In this document: positions 41,105-53,005 of the stretch, piece after piece
How positions within the stretch are numbered: the stretch's first letter is position 1
Layout: every line of letters begins with the position of its first letter
Assembly: GCA_951406725.2 (NCBI GenBank)
Contig: OX597821.1
Location: forward strand, 33,170,001-33,234,000
Source of the DNA: Octopus vulgaris
Taxonomy: Eukaryota
Length of the DNA: 64,000 bases
Direction: 5' to 3'
Position numbers and translations under genes: made by a program
Notes under the pieces: generated by a model
What the model saw: the letters and a program-made list of their open reading frames with translations, nothing else
Told to the model about the DNA's origin: nothing
Database searches by the model: none

Positions 41105-41521
41105 GAGAAATATTGCAGATTTTCGGGTAGACAAACCATCATCCACATTAACTACTGAGAAAATATATTTAAAAGTTAAACATGTTTTTAATTAGCCAAT
41201 ATACAATTGTTCAGCAACAGCAACAGCAGCAACAATTACTAGTAATAGTAATAGTAACTGTTGTTGTTGTTGTTGCTCTTGTTGTTGTTGTTGTTTTGGG
41301 GTTGGGTGGAAATGATAGTGTATCTGGAACTACACTATGCAGTGTGACCTTTGTGAAAGACTCTAGGATGTGATTTGAGATAGATATCTGTATAATTATA
41401 CAGATATAAAATATAGCTATGCAATTATGCATGAGCATAATACGCTATGTTTATTTTTTAAATATCATTTTAATTTTTGCTAAAATATTATGAATGTGAT
41501 TATTATTATTATTATTATTAT

Positions 41522-41553
<32 letters not shown>

Positions 41554-41722
41554 TTATTATTGAATAATCAATAAAATATCAACAGTGAAGTCCTTCGCTG
41601 CAATTTTGCTGCTGCTTTTGATGATGACTTTGACGATGACGATGGGAACAGCAGCAACAGTGGTGGCGGCGGCAGCAACAACAACAGCATCCTAGGTCAA
41701 TCCTGATCAAGTAGGCCTTTCA

Positions 41723-41759
<37 letters not shown>

Positions 41760-41762
<3 letters not shown>

Positions 41763-42290
41763 TAGGAGTTAAGCCCAGTTTCGCCCAGTCTGTTTGGATG
41801 ATGTGGCTGTGATCGTTTTCGGTTAGGCATATGTGAATGAAAATTAAGTTCAGACCTGTACATGATAGTTAGACCTGGTAGAAATAGCAACCAAATCTCC
41901 CTCAAAACACCCTACTGTCTTAATCTGACAATTCTGCCTATTATGTAGTTTGAATGAGAAACTGTAACTAAAGATTAAGATTATTAACCCCACAACTGTT
42001 ATAAATATTCTGGCTTCTTAAGAAAGAAACAGAAAGTGAACAACAACATTTTGTCACCGACTGCCAAATCCAGAAAGCCACATACGATTGGCAAAGAATT
42101 TTTCAGCCAACTATTAGTGTGGTCCTATGAATAATCTTGTACAATCCAATGATTTAGGCATTGTCTTATATATGGTGGATTAGACTAACATAGTGTCTAG
42201 CTGCAACTAAAATGAACTTTAATCAAAGCTGAAATGCAAGCTTTGTATATTATCATGTAAAACTTCCCGAAGATTCTCTTTATATTATAT
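41760..42290 (+). mobile_element. Helentron/DINE-1-like non-autonomous element (degenerate)
   Basis: Starts TACTAG..GCCCAGTTTCGCCCAG after (TA)n; the 3' boundary is uncertain. Confidence 0.35.
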
Positions 42291-42624
42291 CAAGGAAACA
42301 TTTCTCTTCTGAAATCACACCTTACAGTCTTTAATCAAAGGGAATGATATATTAGATAACAAAGACTTGGATCGGTGGTTCCCAACCTGTAGTCCACGGT
42401 CCCTGATGAAGGCTAGTTGGCTGAAACCTCAAAACCACCACCACCACTCTGGGAGTGTTTATGGGGATGTTTGGGTAAAATATTTGCGAGAGTATGTGGG
42501 TGAATTGTATGTATATATGTGTGCGTATGTTTGTGTGTGTCAGTTTCTGTAAATATGTTTAATTTTGGGGAAACTTTTTTTATTTCAATAAAGTGTATAC
42601 ACACACACACACATATATATCTGA

Positions 42625-42992
42625 TTCGATTTCCATTGATCAAATCAGAATCGAAATCGATCAATGGAAATTGCAGCTGAGATACCAGTGCCAGTGGCAT
42701 GTGAGAGAACCATCCGAACGTGGCCGTTGCCAGCGCCGCCCCGACTGGCCTTGTGCCGGTGGCACATAAAAAGCACCATCCGATCGTGGCCGTTTGCCAG
42801 ACTCGTCTGGCACGTAAAAAACACCCACTACATTCATGGAGTGGTTGGCGTTAGGAAGGGCATCCAGCCGTAGAAACATTGCCAGATCAGACTGGGCCTG
42901 GTGCAGCCTTCTGGCTTCCCAGACCCCAGTTGAACCGTCCAACCCATGCTAGCATGGAAAGCGAACGCTAAACGATGATGATGATGATGATG
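42625..42992 (+). mobile_element. RTE 3' UTR fragment (family C)
   Basis: Family C repeats and (GAT)n tail. Confidence 0.88.
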
Positions 42993-43480
42993 TTCTGATG
43001 AAGGCATGTAGGTCGAAACTTCGATGTCACTGTTACTACTCTTCTTGTAAAAGTATAATGAATATGCATTCTGTAAAAAATGCTGAGTAATTCATCGCTT
43101 TAATATTGAGTTCTTTTTTATTATAACTTGTCTTAGAACCACACACACACACACACACACACACATGATAATTTTTTGTGCTAGTCATGTTTAGCATTAG
43201 ACCTGAATAAAAAAAAATCAATAACCTTAATTTGCTTTAATCTTTTTCCTTTACCCGAAATCGCCCCAAGTAAAGCCTGTATGTCATTTCTAGAGAAAAG
43301 ATCATGACAGAAGTGGAGACTGGCATAAAATCATTTGAATATTAAAAAAAAAAGATTGCGAGGGTTTTGGGTTTGCTAAAATATATTATAATGGTAAAAG
43401 ATTAGAAAGCGCTGATGTGTCTGTATGAGTCAATATTAGAAATCAATAATACGATATTATAAAATTACATATGTAATATT

Positions 43481-44068
43481 GGTTTCAAATGTAGGTTGAA
43501 GGGCAGCAATTTTGGAGAGGGGGTAAGTTGATTATATTGATCTTAGTTAGTATTTGATTGGAACTAGTTTTATCGACCCCCAAAAGGATGAAAGGCAAAG
43601 TCGACCTCGACGGATTTTGAACTCAGAATGTGAAGACAACGAAATACCAATTTCTTTACTACCCACAAGGAGCTAAATGCAGAGAGGACAAACAAGGACA
43701 GACAAACGGATTAAGTCGATTATATCGACCCCAGTGCATAACTGGTACTTATTTAATCGACCCTGAAAGGATGAAATGCAAAGTCGACCTCGACGGAATT
43801 TGAACTCAGAACGTAAGACAGACGAAATACCTATTTCTATTTCTTTACTACCCACAAGGGGCTAAACACAGAGAGGACAAACAAGGACAGGTAAACGGAT
43901 TAAGTTGATTATATCAACCCCAGTGCATAACTGGTACTTATTTAATCGACCCTGAAAGGATGAAACGCAAAGTCGACCTCGGCGGAATTTGGACTCAGAA
44001 CGTAGCAGCAGACGAGATACCGCTAAGCATTTCACCCGGTGTGCTAACGATTCTGCCAGCTCGCCGCC
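43481..44068 (-). mobile_element. Tandem trimer of SINE family D (tRNA head with Meta/MESC-like core) within one TSD
   Basis: Three GAAAGGATGAAA.GCAAAGTCGACCTC units. Flanking direct repeat ATTAC.TATGTAATATT at 43464-43480 and 44072-44088. Confidence 0.85.
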
Positions 44069-44155
44069 TTTATTACGTATGTAATATTACAATATCATGT
44101 GTACATTATACTGTTATGCAGGACCAGTACCAGAATAGTCAGCACCTGAAGCGAG

Positions 44156-44800
44156 CCCTACAATGTACTTCCCCTTCTCTCAGCTTACAATGTACCTCCC
44201 TTATTCTCCCAGCTCTACAATGTATTCCCTTTCCCCTTGTTCTACAATATACTTCCCTTTCTCCCAGTCTTACAGTGTACTCCCCCTTCAGCCAGCCCTA
44301 TATACTCCTCTTCATCCAGCCCTTCAAAGTACTCTTCTTCTCCCAGCACTTCAATGTACTCCCTTATTCTCCCAGCTCTACAATATGCTCTCCCTTCCCT
44401 AACCTGACCATGTACTCCCCTTCACACAGCCCTACAATGTACTCCTTTATTCTCCCAGCTCTACAATATGCTTTCCCTTCTCCTAACCCAACCATGTACT
44501 CTCCTTCTTGCAGCCTTACAATGTACTCTATTTCATTTTACTCTACAATATGCCTCCCCTTCTCCCAGCTCTACAATACTTCCCCCTTCTCCCAGCTCTA
44601 TCAAATGCTTTCCCTACTGCAAGCTCTATATTATGCTTCATCTTCCAGCCCCTATAATGTAATCTCCTCCTCCAAGCCCTACTATTTACTCCCCCTTCTC
44701 CGGCCTTTATAATGTGCCTCTCATCTTCTCTCAGTCCTACCCATTTTTCGCAGCCCATCAACGTGCTTTTTCTTCTCTCAGCCCTACATTGTGCACCTCC
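44156..44800. repeat. ~29-30-bp pyrimidine-rich minisatellite (CCCTACAATGTACTCCCCTTCTCCCAG-like), about 20 diverged units
   Basis: Recurrent CTACAATGTACT spacing. Confidence 0.85.
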
Positions 44801-44976
44801 TTAATTTGTTTTCAGATTCTTTTAGCCATCACTTTCTTTATACTAACAGAAAAGTGCAATCATAAAAGTTTAATTAACATGCACACAAAAACGTTGCGGT
44901 TTTATTATTGTTGTACATCATCAAGAAAATCTGTTATCTGACAAAACTGGAAATGTTCCACACCAAATCATTCCAA

Positions 44977-46274
44977 GATACCCTTCCCCCACCCCTAACC
45001 CTAACCCTAACTCTAACCCTAAATCTAACCCTAAATCTAAAATAGATTGAAATGCAATAGATTGATACTAGGGTTATAATTATGGGTGACATTTTCATTT
45101 GACACCGCTAGAAAAAAACTCCCATTTTCCATAGCGGTGTCGTATGAAATTGTCACCCATAATTATAACCCTAGTATCGATCTATTGCATTTCAATCTAT
45201 TTTAGATTTAGGGTTAGGGTTAGGGGAAGGGTATCTTTTTTTCTTTGCAAATGTAAATAAACCCAATCTGTTTCTTAAACGAGGAAAATATTCATACAGC
45301 ACGGAATGTTTTCACCCCAAATGGAGGTCAGCGATTGGTTAAAATTGCCGAAATGCTTGAAATTAAAGTGGAAATATGTTTCTTTATTACCCACAAGGGG
45401 CTAAACATAGAGGGGACAAACAAGGACAAACAAACGGATTAAGTCGATTACATCGACCCCAGTGCGTAACTGGTACTTAATTTATCGACCCCGAAAGGAT
45501 GAAAGGCAAAGTCGACCTCGGCGGAATTTGAACTCAGAATGTAACGGCAGACGAAATACGGCTACGCATTTCGCCCGGCGTGCTAACGGTTCTGCCAGCT
45601 CGCCGCCCTTTAAAGTGGAAATGTTACAACATATAGAATTTTCTCAATAAAGCCAAGAAAAAATTATGATTTATAAACACATTCTACCAGTATACGAAGT
45701 TTAAAAGTGTTTAGAATTTTAACCAATGAATCGCCTCTAATTGAGCTAAAATCATTTGCTGCGTCTAAAACTGAGACAACACCCTCACCCTCATCCTAAC
45801 CCTAACCCTAAATTTTTGCCTTTCGTTTTTTTTTCTTAATTGTTAAATTAATTTAAGGATAACAATTAAAAAAAAAAAAACGAAAGGCTAAAACGAAAGC
45901 AATGGAAAATAATTTAAACAATTAACAAACAAAATAATTCTATAATTTTATACACACGCTTTCCGTGTAACAATTAAATTAATTTAACAATTAAGAAAAA
46001 AAAATTTAGGGTTAGGGTTAGGGTGAGGGTTAGGGTTAGTGACAGAAGGTTGTCTCAGTTTTAGACATAGCAAATGATTTTAGCTCACTAGAGGCGATTC
46101 AATGGTTAAAATTCGAAAACTTAAACTACGTTAAACAAACAAATTACAATTTTCTCAAGAAAGCCAAGAGAAAATAATGTTTTATTTTGACACATTCTAC
46201 CAGTATACGAAGTTTTAAAGTGTTTAGTTAACTAGAAATTGTGTTGACATGTGCCGTTCAAAAGGAAAAGATCC
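44977..46274. mobile_element. Rearranged MITE E complex with two internal palindromes and (CCCTAA)n/(TTAGGG)n
   Basis: Inverted repeats 44977-45110/45132-45235 and 45716-45815/46001-46114; TIR-like end AAAAGATCC at 46274. Confidence 0.8.
45378..45608 (-). mobile_element. SINE family D with a 13-bp TSD, inserted in MITE E
   Basis: TTAAAGTGGAAAT at 45363-45375 and 45610-45622. Confidence 0.92.
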
Positions 46275-46652
46275 CAAAGACGTTCTAGCTATGACTATCT
46301 CATCGTTATAAATTATTCAATGTGTACTTTTTTTTTTAGAGAGAGTTAAGTGTGATTTGGGAGAGACTTGACTGCTATTTCTAGTAGGCCGAATGATGAC
46401 GTAAGAAGTTCCCTTGTCAGATTGTAACTATAATACAAGGTAAATAATCTTTCATAATCTCAAAGTTGTCTCCCTTGGATTGCGTGCTTTATTTTTCTAT
46501 CGATATTCTTTAGATTAATATGAGCCACAGATTCACAGAATCGTTAGAGCTTCGGAAAATCATGTCTTTTGATATTTTTTCCGACTCTTTACGTTCTGAG
46601 TTCAAATCCTTCCTTTGCCTTTCATCCATTTGGAGTTGATAAAATAAAGTAC

Positions 46653-47024
46653 GGATCTTTTCGGTTTGAACGGCAGTTTTTAACATAATTTCTAGGTAAC
46701 TAAAAAATTTTAAACTTCGTATACTGGTAGAATGTGTTTATAAAACATCTTTTTCTCTTGGCTTTATTGAGAAAATTCTATTGTTTGTAAGATATTTTTT
46801 GTTTTTTTTCTTCAATGTTTTTTTACCTCAATGGACGTTACTGATTGGTTGAAATTGCAGAAATTGAAGAAAAATAACAACAAATATCTTACAAACTATA
46901 GAATTTTCTCAATAAAGCCATGAGAAAAAGATGTTTTATAAACACATTCTACCAGTATACAAAGTTTAAAAGTTTAGTTACGTGGAAATTATGTTAAAAT
47001 CTGCCGTTCAAACTGAAAAGATCC
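46653..47024. mobile_element. Palindromic MITE E derivative (two left arms)
   Basis: 46653-46816 is inverted at ~46863-47024. Confidence 0.85.
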
Positions 47025-47379
47025 CAAAAAGGGCTTATTATTGTAGTGACAGAAAAGTTAGAGAAAAGAGACAGCACATTTGTGGGCCAGAGTTGGAGAG
47101 TGTCTGTTCATGATTGATTAATTCTGTGTTCACTAAAGGGGGTATTTTGAACAATGGAATTGAGTCAGAGAGCAAGGACCAGACCAGAACCATTTCATTT
47201 TAAGAGCATGATTCAATGAAAACTTAATCAATATCATAGATTCTGTGATTTTCCAACTTGCTTGTAACATTGTGTTTATCATGGAAAATACTAATATTGG
47301 TCTCAAATTTTGACCTATTTATCTCTCTTCCTTTCATTCACCCCATCAACTCTTCACCAACCACCATGCACTGGGGTCA

Positions 47380-47605
47380 GGCGAGCTGGCAGAAACGTTA
47401 GCACGCCGGGCGAAATACTTAGCGGTATTTCATCTGCCATTATGTTCTCAGTTCAAATTCCGCCGAGGTCGACTTTGCTTTCATCCTTTCAGGGTCGATA
47501 AATAAAGTACCAGTTATGCACTGGGGGTCGATGTAATCAACTTGATCCCTTTGTCTGTCCTTGTTTGTCCCCTCTGTGTTTAACCCCTTGTGGGCAATAA
47601 AGAAA
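47380..47605 (+). mobile_element. SINE family D
   Basis: GGCGAGCTGGCAGAAACGTTAGCACGCCGGGC head; reverse complement of the 45378 copy. Confidence 0.9.
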
Positions 47606-47635
47606 TATATATATAAATATATATATATATATATG

Positions 47636-48340
47636 CTCTTTTACTATTTTATTTGTTTCAGTCATTTGACTGCAGCCATGCTGGAGCGCCATCTTTAGTT
47701 GAACAAATTTCAGCAACATGCAACCAAAAGAATACCCTCCATCAGGCATTTGCCATATCCTGAACGCCTTACTTCCCTGGGCATGGACACATTGAAACTC
47801 CGACGTCTGGCAGCTGACTTGGCAGACACCCATAAAATTATCGACCATCGCACAAACAATAACTCTGAGCACCTCTTCAAACTCCACCCATCTAACACCC
47901 GTGGACATATTTACAAAGTAAGAAAACAGCACAGCTCCCATGACTTCAGGAAACATTTTTTCACGCTGAGAGTTGCTGAAGCGTGGAACAAACTGCCGGC
48001 ATCGGTTGTTAGTTGTCGGAGCACTGCATCCTTCAAAACCTCCATGCTTCCTGAGATTCGCCAACACTACACTTGATACACACACAAGCATGTTCACTTT
48101 CCAGACATTTCTACATTGCTGCATGTACTTTATATGCACTTTCTGACAAGTTGTGGTGCACCTGAGCACTGTATACAATAATTTCATTATTATTATTAAA
48201 TCAACCCCAGGACTTTTTGTTTCTAAGCCTAGTACTTATTCTATAGGATTCTTTTGCTGAACTGCTAAGTTACAGGAAAGTAAACACACCAACATGGGTT
48301 GTCAAAGTGATGGTGAGGTGACAAACACAGTCACACAAAC
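47636..48340 (-). mobile_element. SINE family A 3' half, interrupted by a CR1 fragment
   Basis: 47636-47708 continues at 48198-48340. Confidence 0.8.
47709..48197 (+). mobile_element. CR1 LINE 3' fragment with (ATT)n tail
   Basis: ATKRIP..LPYPERL..L..RR..DL..TRGH.YK..FFTLRV..WNKLP; AAAT repeated at both junctions. Confidence 0.92.
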
Positions 48341-48346
48341 ACATGC

Positions 48347-48381
<35 letters not shown>

Positions 48382-48382
<1 letters not shown>

Positions 48383-48661
48383 CACCGTGATCACAATGAC
48401 CGACCAGGCTATCAGATGTTGCTACACATTGCTGGTCACAATGCGCTTCGCATTGTTTTAGCCTCCAAATGCCGCCACCCTGCTGGCTAAGCGAGCATCC
48501 AACAGAAGAAAGAGTGAGAGAAAGTTGTGGTGAAAGAGTACAGCAGAGGTCGGAACCTCGTGGAACTTTAGGTGTTTTTCGCTCAATAAACACTCACAAC
48601 GCCCGGTCTGGGAATCGAAACCTCAATGCTACGACCCTAACCACTGGGCCATTGCGCCTCC
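48382..48661 (-). mobile_element. SINE family B variant
   Basis: Head shared with 2717-2940; a different 3' part shared with 57855-57965. Confidence 0.8.
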
Positions 48662-48713
48662 ACATATATATATATATACATACAGACATACATGTATAAA
48701 TATATATATATAT

Positions 48714-49198
48714 CAATGGAAATAGTAGTTGTGATACCTGTGTCGGTGGCACATAAAAAGCACCACCCGAACGTAGCCGTTACCAGCACCGCCTCGACTG
48801 GCTTCTGTGCCGGTGGCACATAAAAAGCACCATCCGAACATGGCCGATGCCAGCGCCGCCTCGACTGGCTTCTGTGCCGGTGGCACATAAAAAGCACCAT
48901 CCGAACGTGGCCGATGCCAGCACCGCCTTGGCTGGCTTCCGTGCCAGTGGCACGTTAAAAGCACCAACCGATCGTGGCCGATACCAGACCCCCCTGGCAC
49001 CTGTGCAGGTGGCACGTAAAAAGCACCCACTACACTCACAGAGTAGTTGGCGTTAGGAAGGGCATCCAGCTGTAGAAACACTGCCAGATCAGACTGGAGC
49101 CTGGTGCAGCCCTGGCTTCCCAGACCCCGGTCGAACCGTCCAACCCGTGCTAGCGCGCGGAAAACGGACGTTAAACGATGATGATGATGATGATGATG
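48714..49198 (+). mobile_element. RTE 3' UTR (family C) with ~64-bp internal tandem repeats
   Basis: GTGGCACATAAAAAGCACCATCCGAAC units and (GAT)n tail. Confidence 0.88.
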
Positions 49199-49474
49199 GG
49201 CTTCTACCAAATCCACACACAAAGCTTTGGCCAGCCCAAGGCTATAATAGAAGACACTTGCTCAAGGTGCCATTATATGTCATTATTCAGTTTTATTACA
49301 AGATTTATTGCCAATAGAGAAAGAGCCAGTGTCTAACAAAGATCCAATCCTCCTTCATTGGAATTTCAACAACACCAACAGGGTATTTTTGTATGTATGT
49401 TTGTATATGTGCAGGTTTGTATGTTTTGTTTTATGCATGTATTCTCACGTATATACTTGCTCCTATATACATAA

Positions 49475-49808
49475 ACTAGCACTATGACCCGGTGTTGCCG
49501 GGTCATAGTGCTAGTGCATGCATATACAGCTGCGTGTGTGCACACATACACACGAGTACTGTCCAAATCTCTGACATTCAATTGGCGTATCAAGTTTCAG
49601 GCACTTTGATTGGGTTTTGGATAGAACATTCACAAAAAATCACTTCTATTGATTTTTTAATAGCTTTGCAGGGGAAATGTAAAGATGTGCATGACCACCC
49701 TTGGACGGTTTTGAATGACCATAGAAAGTGCGAGCCCTCTAACTGAAAAATTGTGGATTTGTATAAAGGACACACACGCAGACATTTTGCCATTTATATA
49801 TAGAGAGA
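49475..49808 (+). mobile_element. Helentron-associated (DINE-1/HINE-like) element
   Basis: 5' perfect 18-bp hairpin ACTAGCACTATGACCCGG-tgttg-CCGGGTCATAGTGCTAGT; 3' end ..ACACGCAGACATTTTGCCATTTATATATAGA. Confidence 0.6.
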
Positions 49809-50099
49809 TGATAAACCTCTGGAAAGTTTTACAGATTTTTACAGTTCGAGTGATGGACTGGATTTGTAGTCTTCAAATCAGTTTTCTCCTCTCTTGTCTT
49901 GCGAAGCTTAATTTCTGAAGATTGGCATCTTGGCAGTATGTTACATATCCCAGTGCCCCAATAATTACAAGTATAAACCTGAACTTGTAACCTGGATAGA
50001 GTAGCTGTAGATACCTCAATAGTTTAGCATAGGTATTTTCTTTTTTGCTGATCTTTAGCTCTATGTTAACATCTGCTGGGCAGCTGATGTTTGTGTGTA

Positions 50100-50305
50100 T
50101 GTGACGACATGTGTACCATTGGTGATTTTTTTCTCCTCCATCTTCCCTTCTTTGGATCTTTCCTTTTCCTATGTTTCTGATGAAGAGCTCTGCTCAAAAC
50201 GTTAAACCCTCCTTCTTTCCTGAGTGTCCAATAATACTATACTTGTTTCATGTCCTCGCGTTGTTGTGTTTTCTCTTTGTGTTTTCATGTTTGGATTAAC
50301 TATGT
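50100..50305 (+). mobile_element. Small hammerhead-bearing (Penelope-like) repeat
   Basis: Diverged inverted copy at 51449-51655; contains CTGATGA-A-GAGC-tct-GCTC-aAAAC. Confidence 0.6.
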
Positions 50306-50565
50306 ATATATGTATGTATAACACAGGTGGGTTGCACTTCACTACAGCTGTTTCAGAGATGTTTTTAATTGATGCACAAAAGTGTTACCGCATGCAAAAT
50401 ATAAAAAAAAACATTTCAAGTTGGTATACGTATAAGTCCTTACTGTGGATTGAGACGTCCTTTAGTGAGAAATCTAGGTTAACCTTTTATATCTTAAGTA
50501 TCAGAAGCTTCATGGAAATATGCTTCCAAGGTAGACATAATATAAACATTTTCAGAATTAGAAAC

Positions 50566-50567
<2 letters not shown>

Positions 50568-50599
<32 letters not shown>

Positions 50600-50745
50600 G
50601 TTTAACGTCTGTTTTCCATGCTGGCATGGGTTGGACGGTTCAACTGGGGTCTGGGAAGCCAGAAGGCTGCACCAGGCCCAGTCTGATCTGGCAGTGTTTC
50701 TACAGCTGGATGCCCTTCCTAACGCCAACCACTCCATGAGTGTAG
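50568..50745 (-). mobile_element. RTE 3' end fragment (family C)
   Basis: (CAT)n followed by family C sequence. Confidence 0.85.
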
Positions 50746-50928
50746 TTATTATTATTATTATTATTGTTATTATTATTATTCATTTTGTTCAACGTGTACA
50801 AGTACGTATGTGTTCAATATTGTTTTATTCAATTTTAGAAAAACTGAAACATGTCATAGACAATTCTAGAACATATTGAACTTTGTGCATGACTTTTGGC
50901 TCATCCTGTATGGATGTATATGTATGTA

Positions 50929-50970
<42 letters not shown>

Positions 50971-50978
50971 TGTGTATA

Positions 50979-51409
50979 CAGGTAGTTAAATAGTAAAAAC
51001 ACCAAGGTAGAGTCGGTGACAGCGCACCTGTGTCATGACAATATATACTGATATATACATACTTACTAAAGTAAATACAGATTTTGTTCATCAACAGAAA
51101 ACATGTCTGAAACAGCTGTAGTGAATTGCAACCCATTTGTGTTATTATTTCTTCTTCACCTAAATGGGAACCTTCTATATATTTGGATATGAAGTCTGTA
51201 GTTGACTGTGGAATATGTGCAGTGAGTGTATCCCTGTATGACTTTGATGTCACGTTGGTATGCAGTCAGTTACTTGTGAATGTATGTATAATGGGAAGGA
51301 CAAATCTATATTTATATTATAAAGTACATGTATGTCAGTATACATTGTTTGTACACAGGCGCACTATCCCTGACTCTACCCCTTGGTGCTTTAATTATTT
51401 GAATACCCG
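50979..51409. mobile_element. Tc1/mariner-like MITE (degenerate)
   Basis: TA|CAGGTAGTTAAATAGTAAAAACACCAAGGTAGAGTC / GACTCTACCCTTGGTGCTTTAATTATTTGAATACCCG. Confidence 0.55.
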
Positions 51410-51448
51410 ATCCTTTCAAATACTGAAAGGATATATATATATATATAT

Positions 51449-51655
51449 AATTAATCCAAACATGAAAACACAAAGAGAAAACACAACAACGCGAGGACGT
51501 GGAACAAATATAGTATTATTGGACACTCAGGAAGGAAGGGAAGAAGGAGGGTTTAATGTTTCGAGTGGAGCTCTTCGTCAGAAACATAGGAGAAGGAAAG
51601 ATCCAGAGAAGGGAAGACAGAGGGAAAAAAATCGCCAACGGTACACACATGGTCA
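51449..51655 (-). mobile_element. Small hammerhead-bearing (Penelope-like) repeat, second copy
   Basis: Minus strand CTGACGA-A-GAG-ctcca-CTC-GAAAC; ends in (TA)n. Confidence 0.6.
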
Positions 51656-52527
51656 TGCTGTTAGAGACTTCTAGAGGCAGTCTTTGTAGCGCTTCCTCAG
51701 AGCTCCTCTCACTCAGTGGCCAGTGGAGAGTTCACCAAACAGGGCAATTTTTGGAAGGCAATGGTTCTCCATTATGGAGACATGCCCTGCCCATCGGTGG
51801 TGGTACTTCAGTAGCGTGGCTTCAATGCTGGGGATCTTGGCCCGCTCCAAGACTTCAATGTTTGTGACGAAGTCACTCCAGTGAATGTTGAGGATGGTGC
51901 AGAGACATCGCTGGTGGAAGATCTCGAGGAGACGGATGTGACAGCAGTAAATAATCCAGGTCTCTGAGACATAGAGAAGAGTGGTGAGAACCACGGCCCT
52001 GTAGACACTGATCTTTGTTTTGTTTTTCAGGCCACCATTGTGCCAAGCACGTTTGTACAATCTGCCAAAGGAGCTATTTGCCTTAGAAAGTCTATTGTCA
52101 ATTTCCTTGTCGATCCTTGCATTGGATGAGATGATGCAGCCCAGGTATGTAAGCTGCTGTATTGATTTCAGTTCGGTACCGCAGATAGTGATGTGGGGTG
52201 GGTGGTATTCCTCTTGGGGTGTAGGTTGGTGAAGTACCTCTGTTTTCTTGAGGCTGATCTCCAGGCCAAAGAGCTGCGAGGTATTTGCAAAGCAGGACGT
52301 GATGTGCCACACGATCTTCAACGCAGTCAGCAAGTTTGAAGAACAAAGAAGAGTCGCAGGAGGAAGGCGCGAGCCGCCTCTGACACCACACCGGATGTTA
52401 CCTTTGTCTGTGGACACTGCTCACGGACCTGCCTTTCCCATATTGGACTTGTCAGTCATGAGCGTGCATGTACGCGATGTGGACAGCCTTCCTGATCTTC
52501 GTTCGCGAAGCCGAACCATGATGATGA

Positions 52528-52530
<3 letters not shown>
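51653..52530. mobile_element. RTE-BovB-like LINE with a 5' inversion
   Basis: Minus 51653-52305 encodes RT C-terminal motifs ([37 protein letters not shown]). Plus 52306-52530 encodes the terminal C2H2-like finger [14 protein letters not shown] and the (ATG)n tail. Confidence 0.9.

Positions 52531-53005
<475 letters not shown>

Noticed and set aside
43960-44712. 250-aa ORF
   Set aside because: Composed of SINE sequence plus minisatellite
44990-46040. Telomere or chromosome-fusion site
   Set aside because: Only a few TTAGGG units, all embedded in MITE family E
48735-49030. CRISPR-like regularly spaced repeats
   Set aside because: The spacers are similar to each other, the array is part of an RTE 3' UTR in a eukaryote, and there are no cas genes
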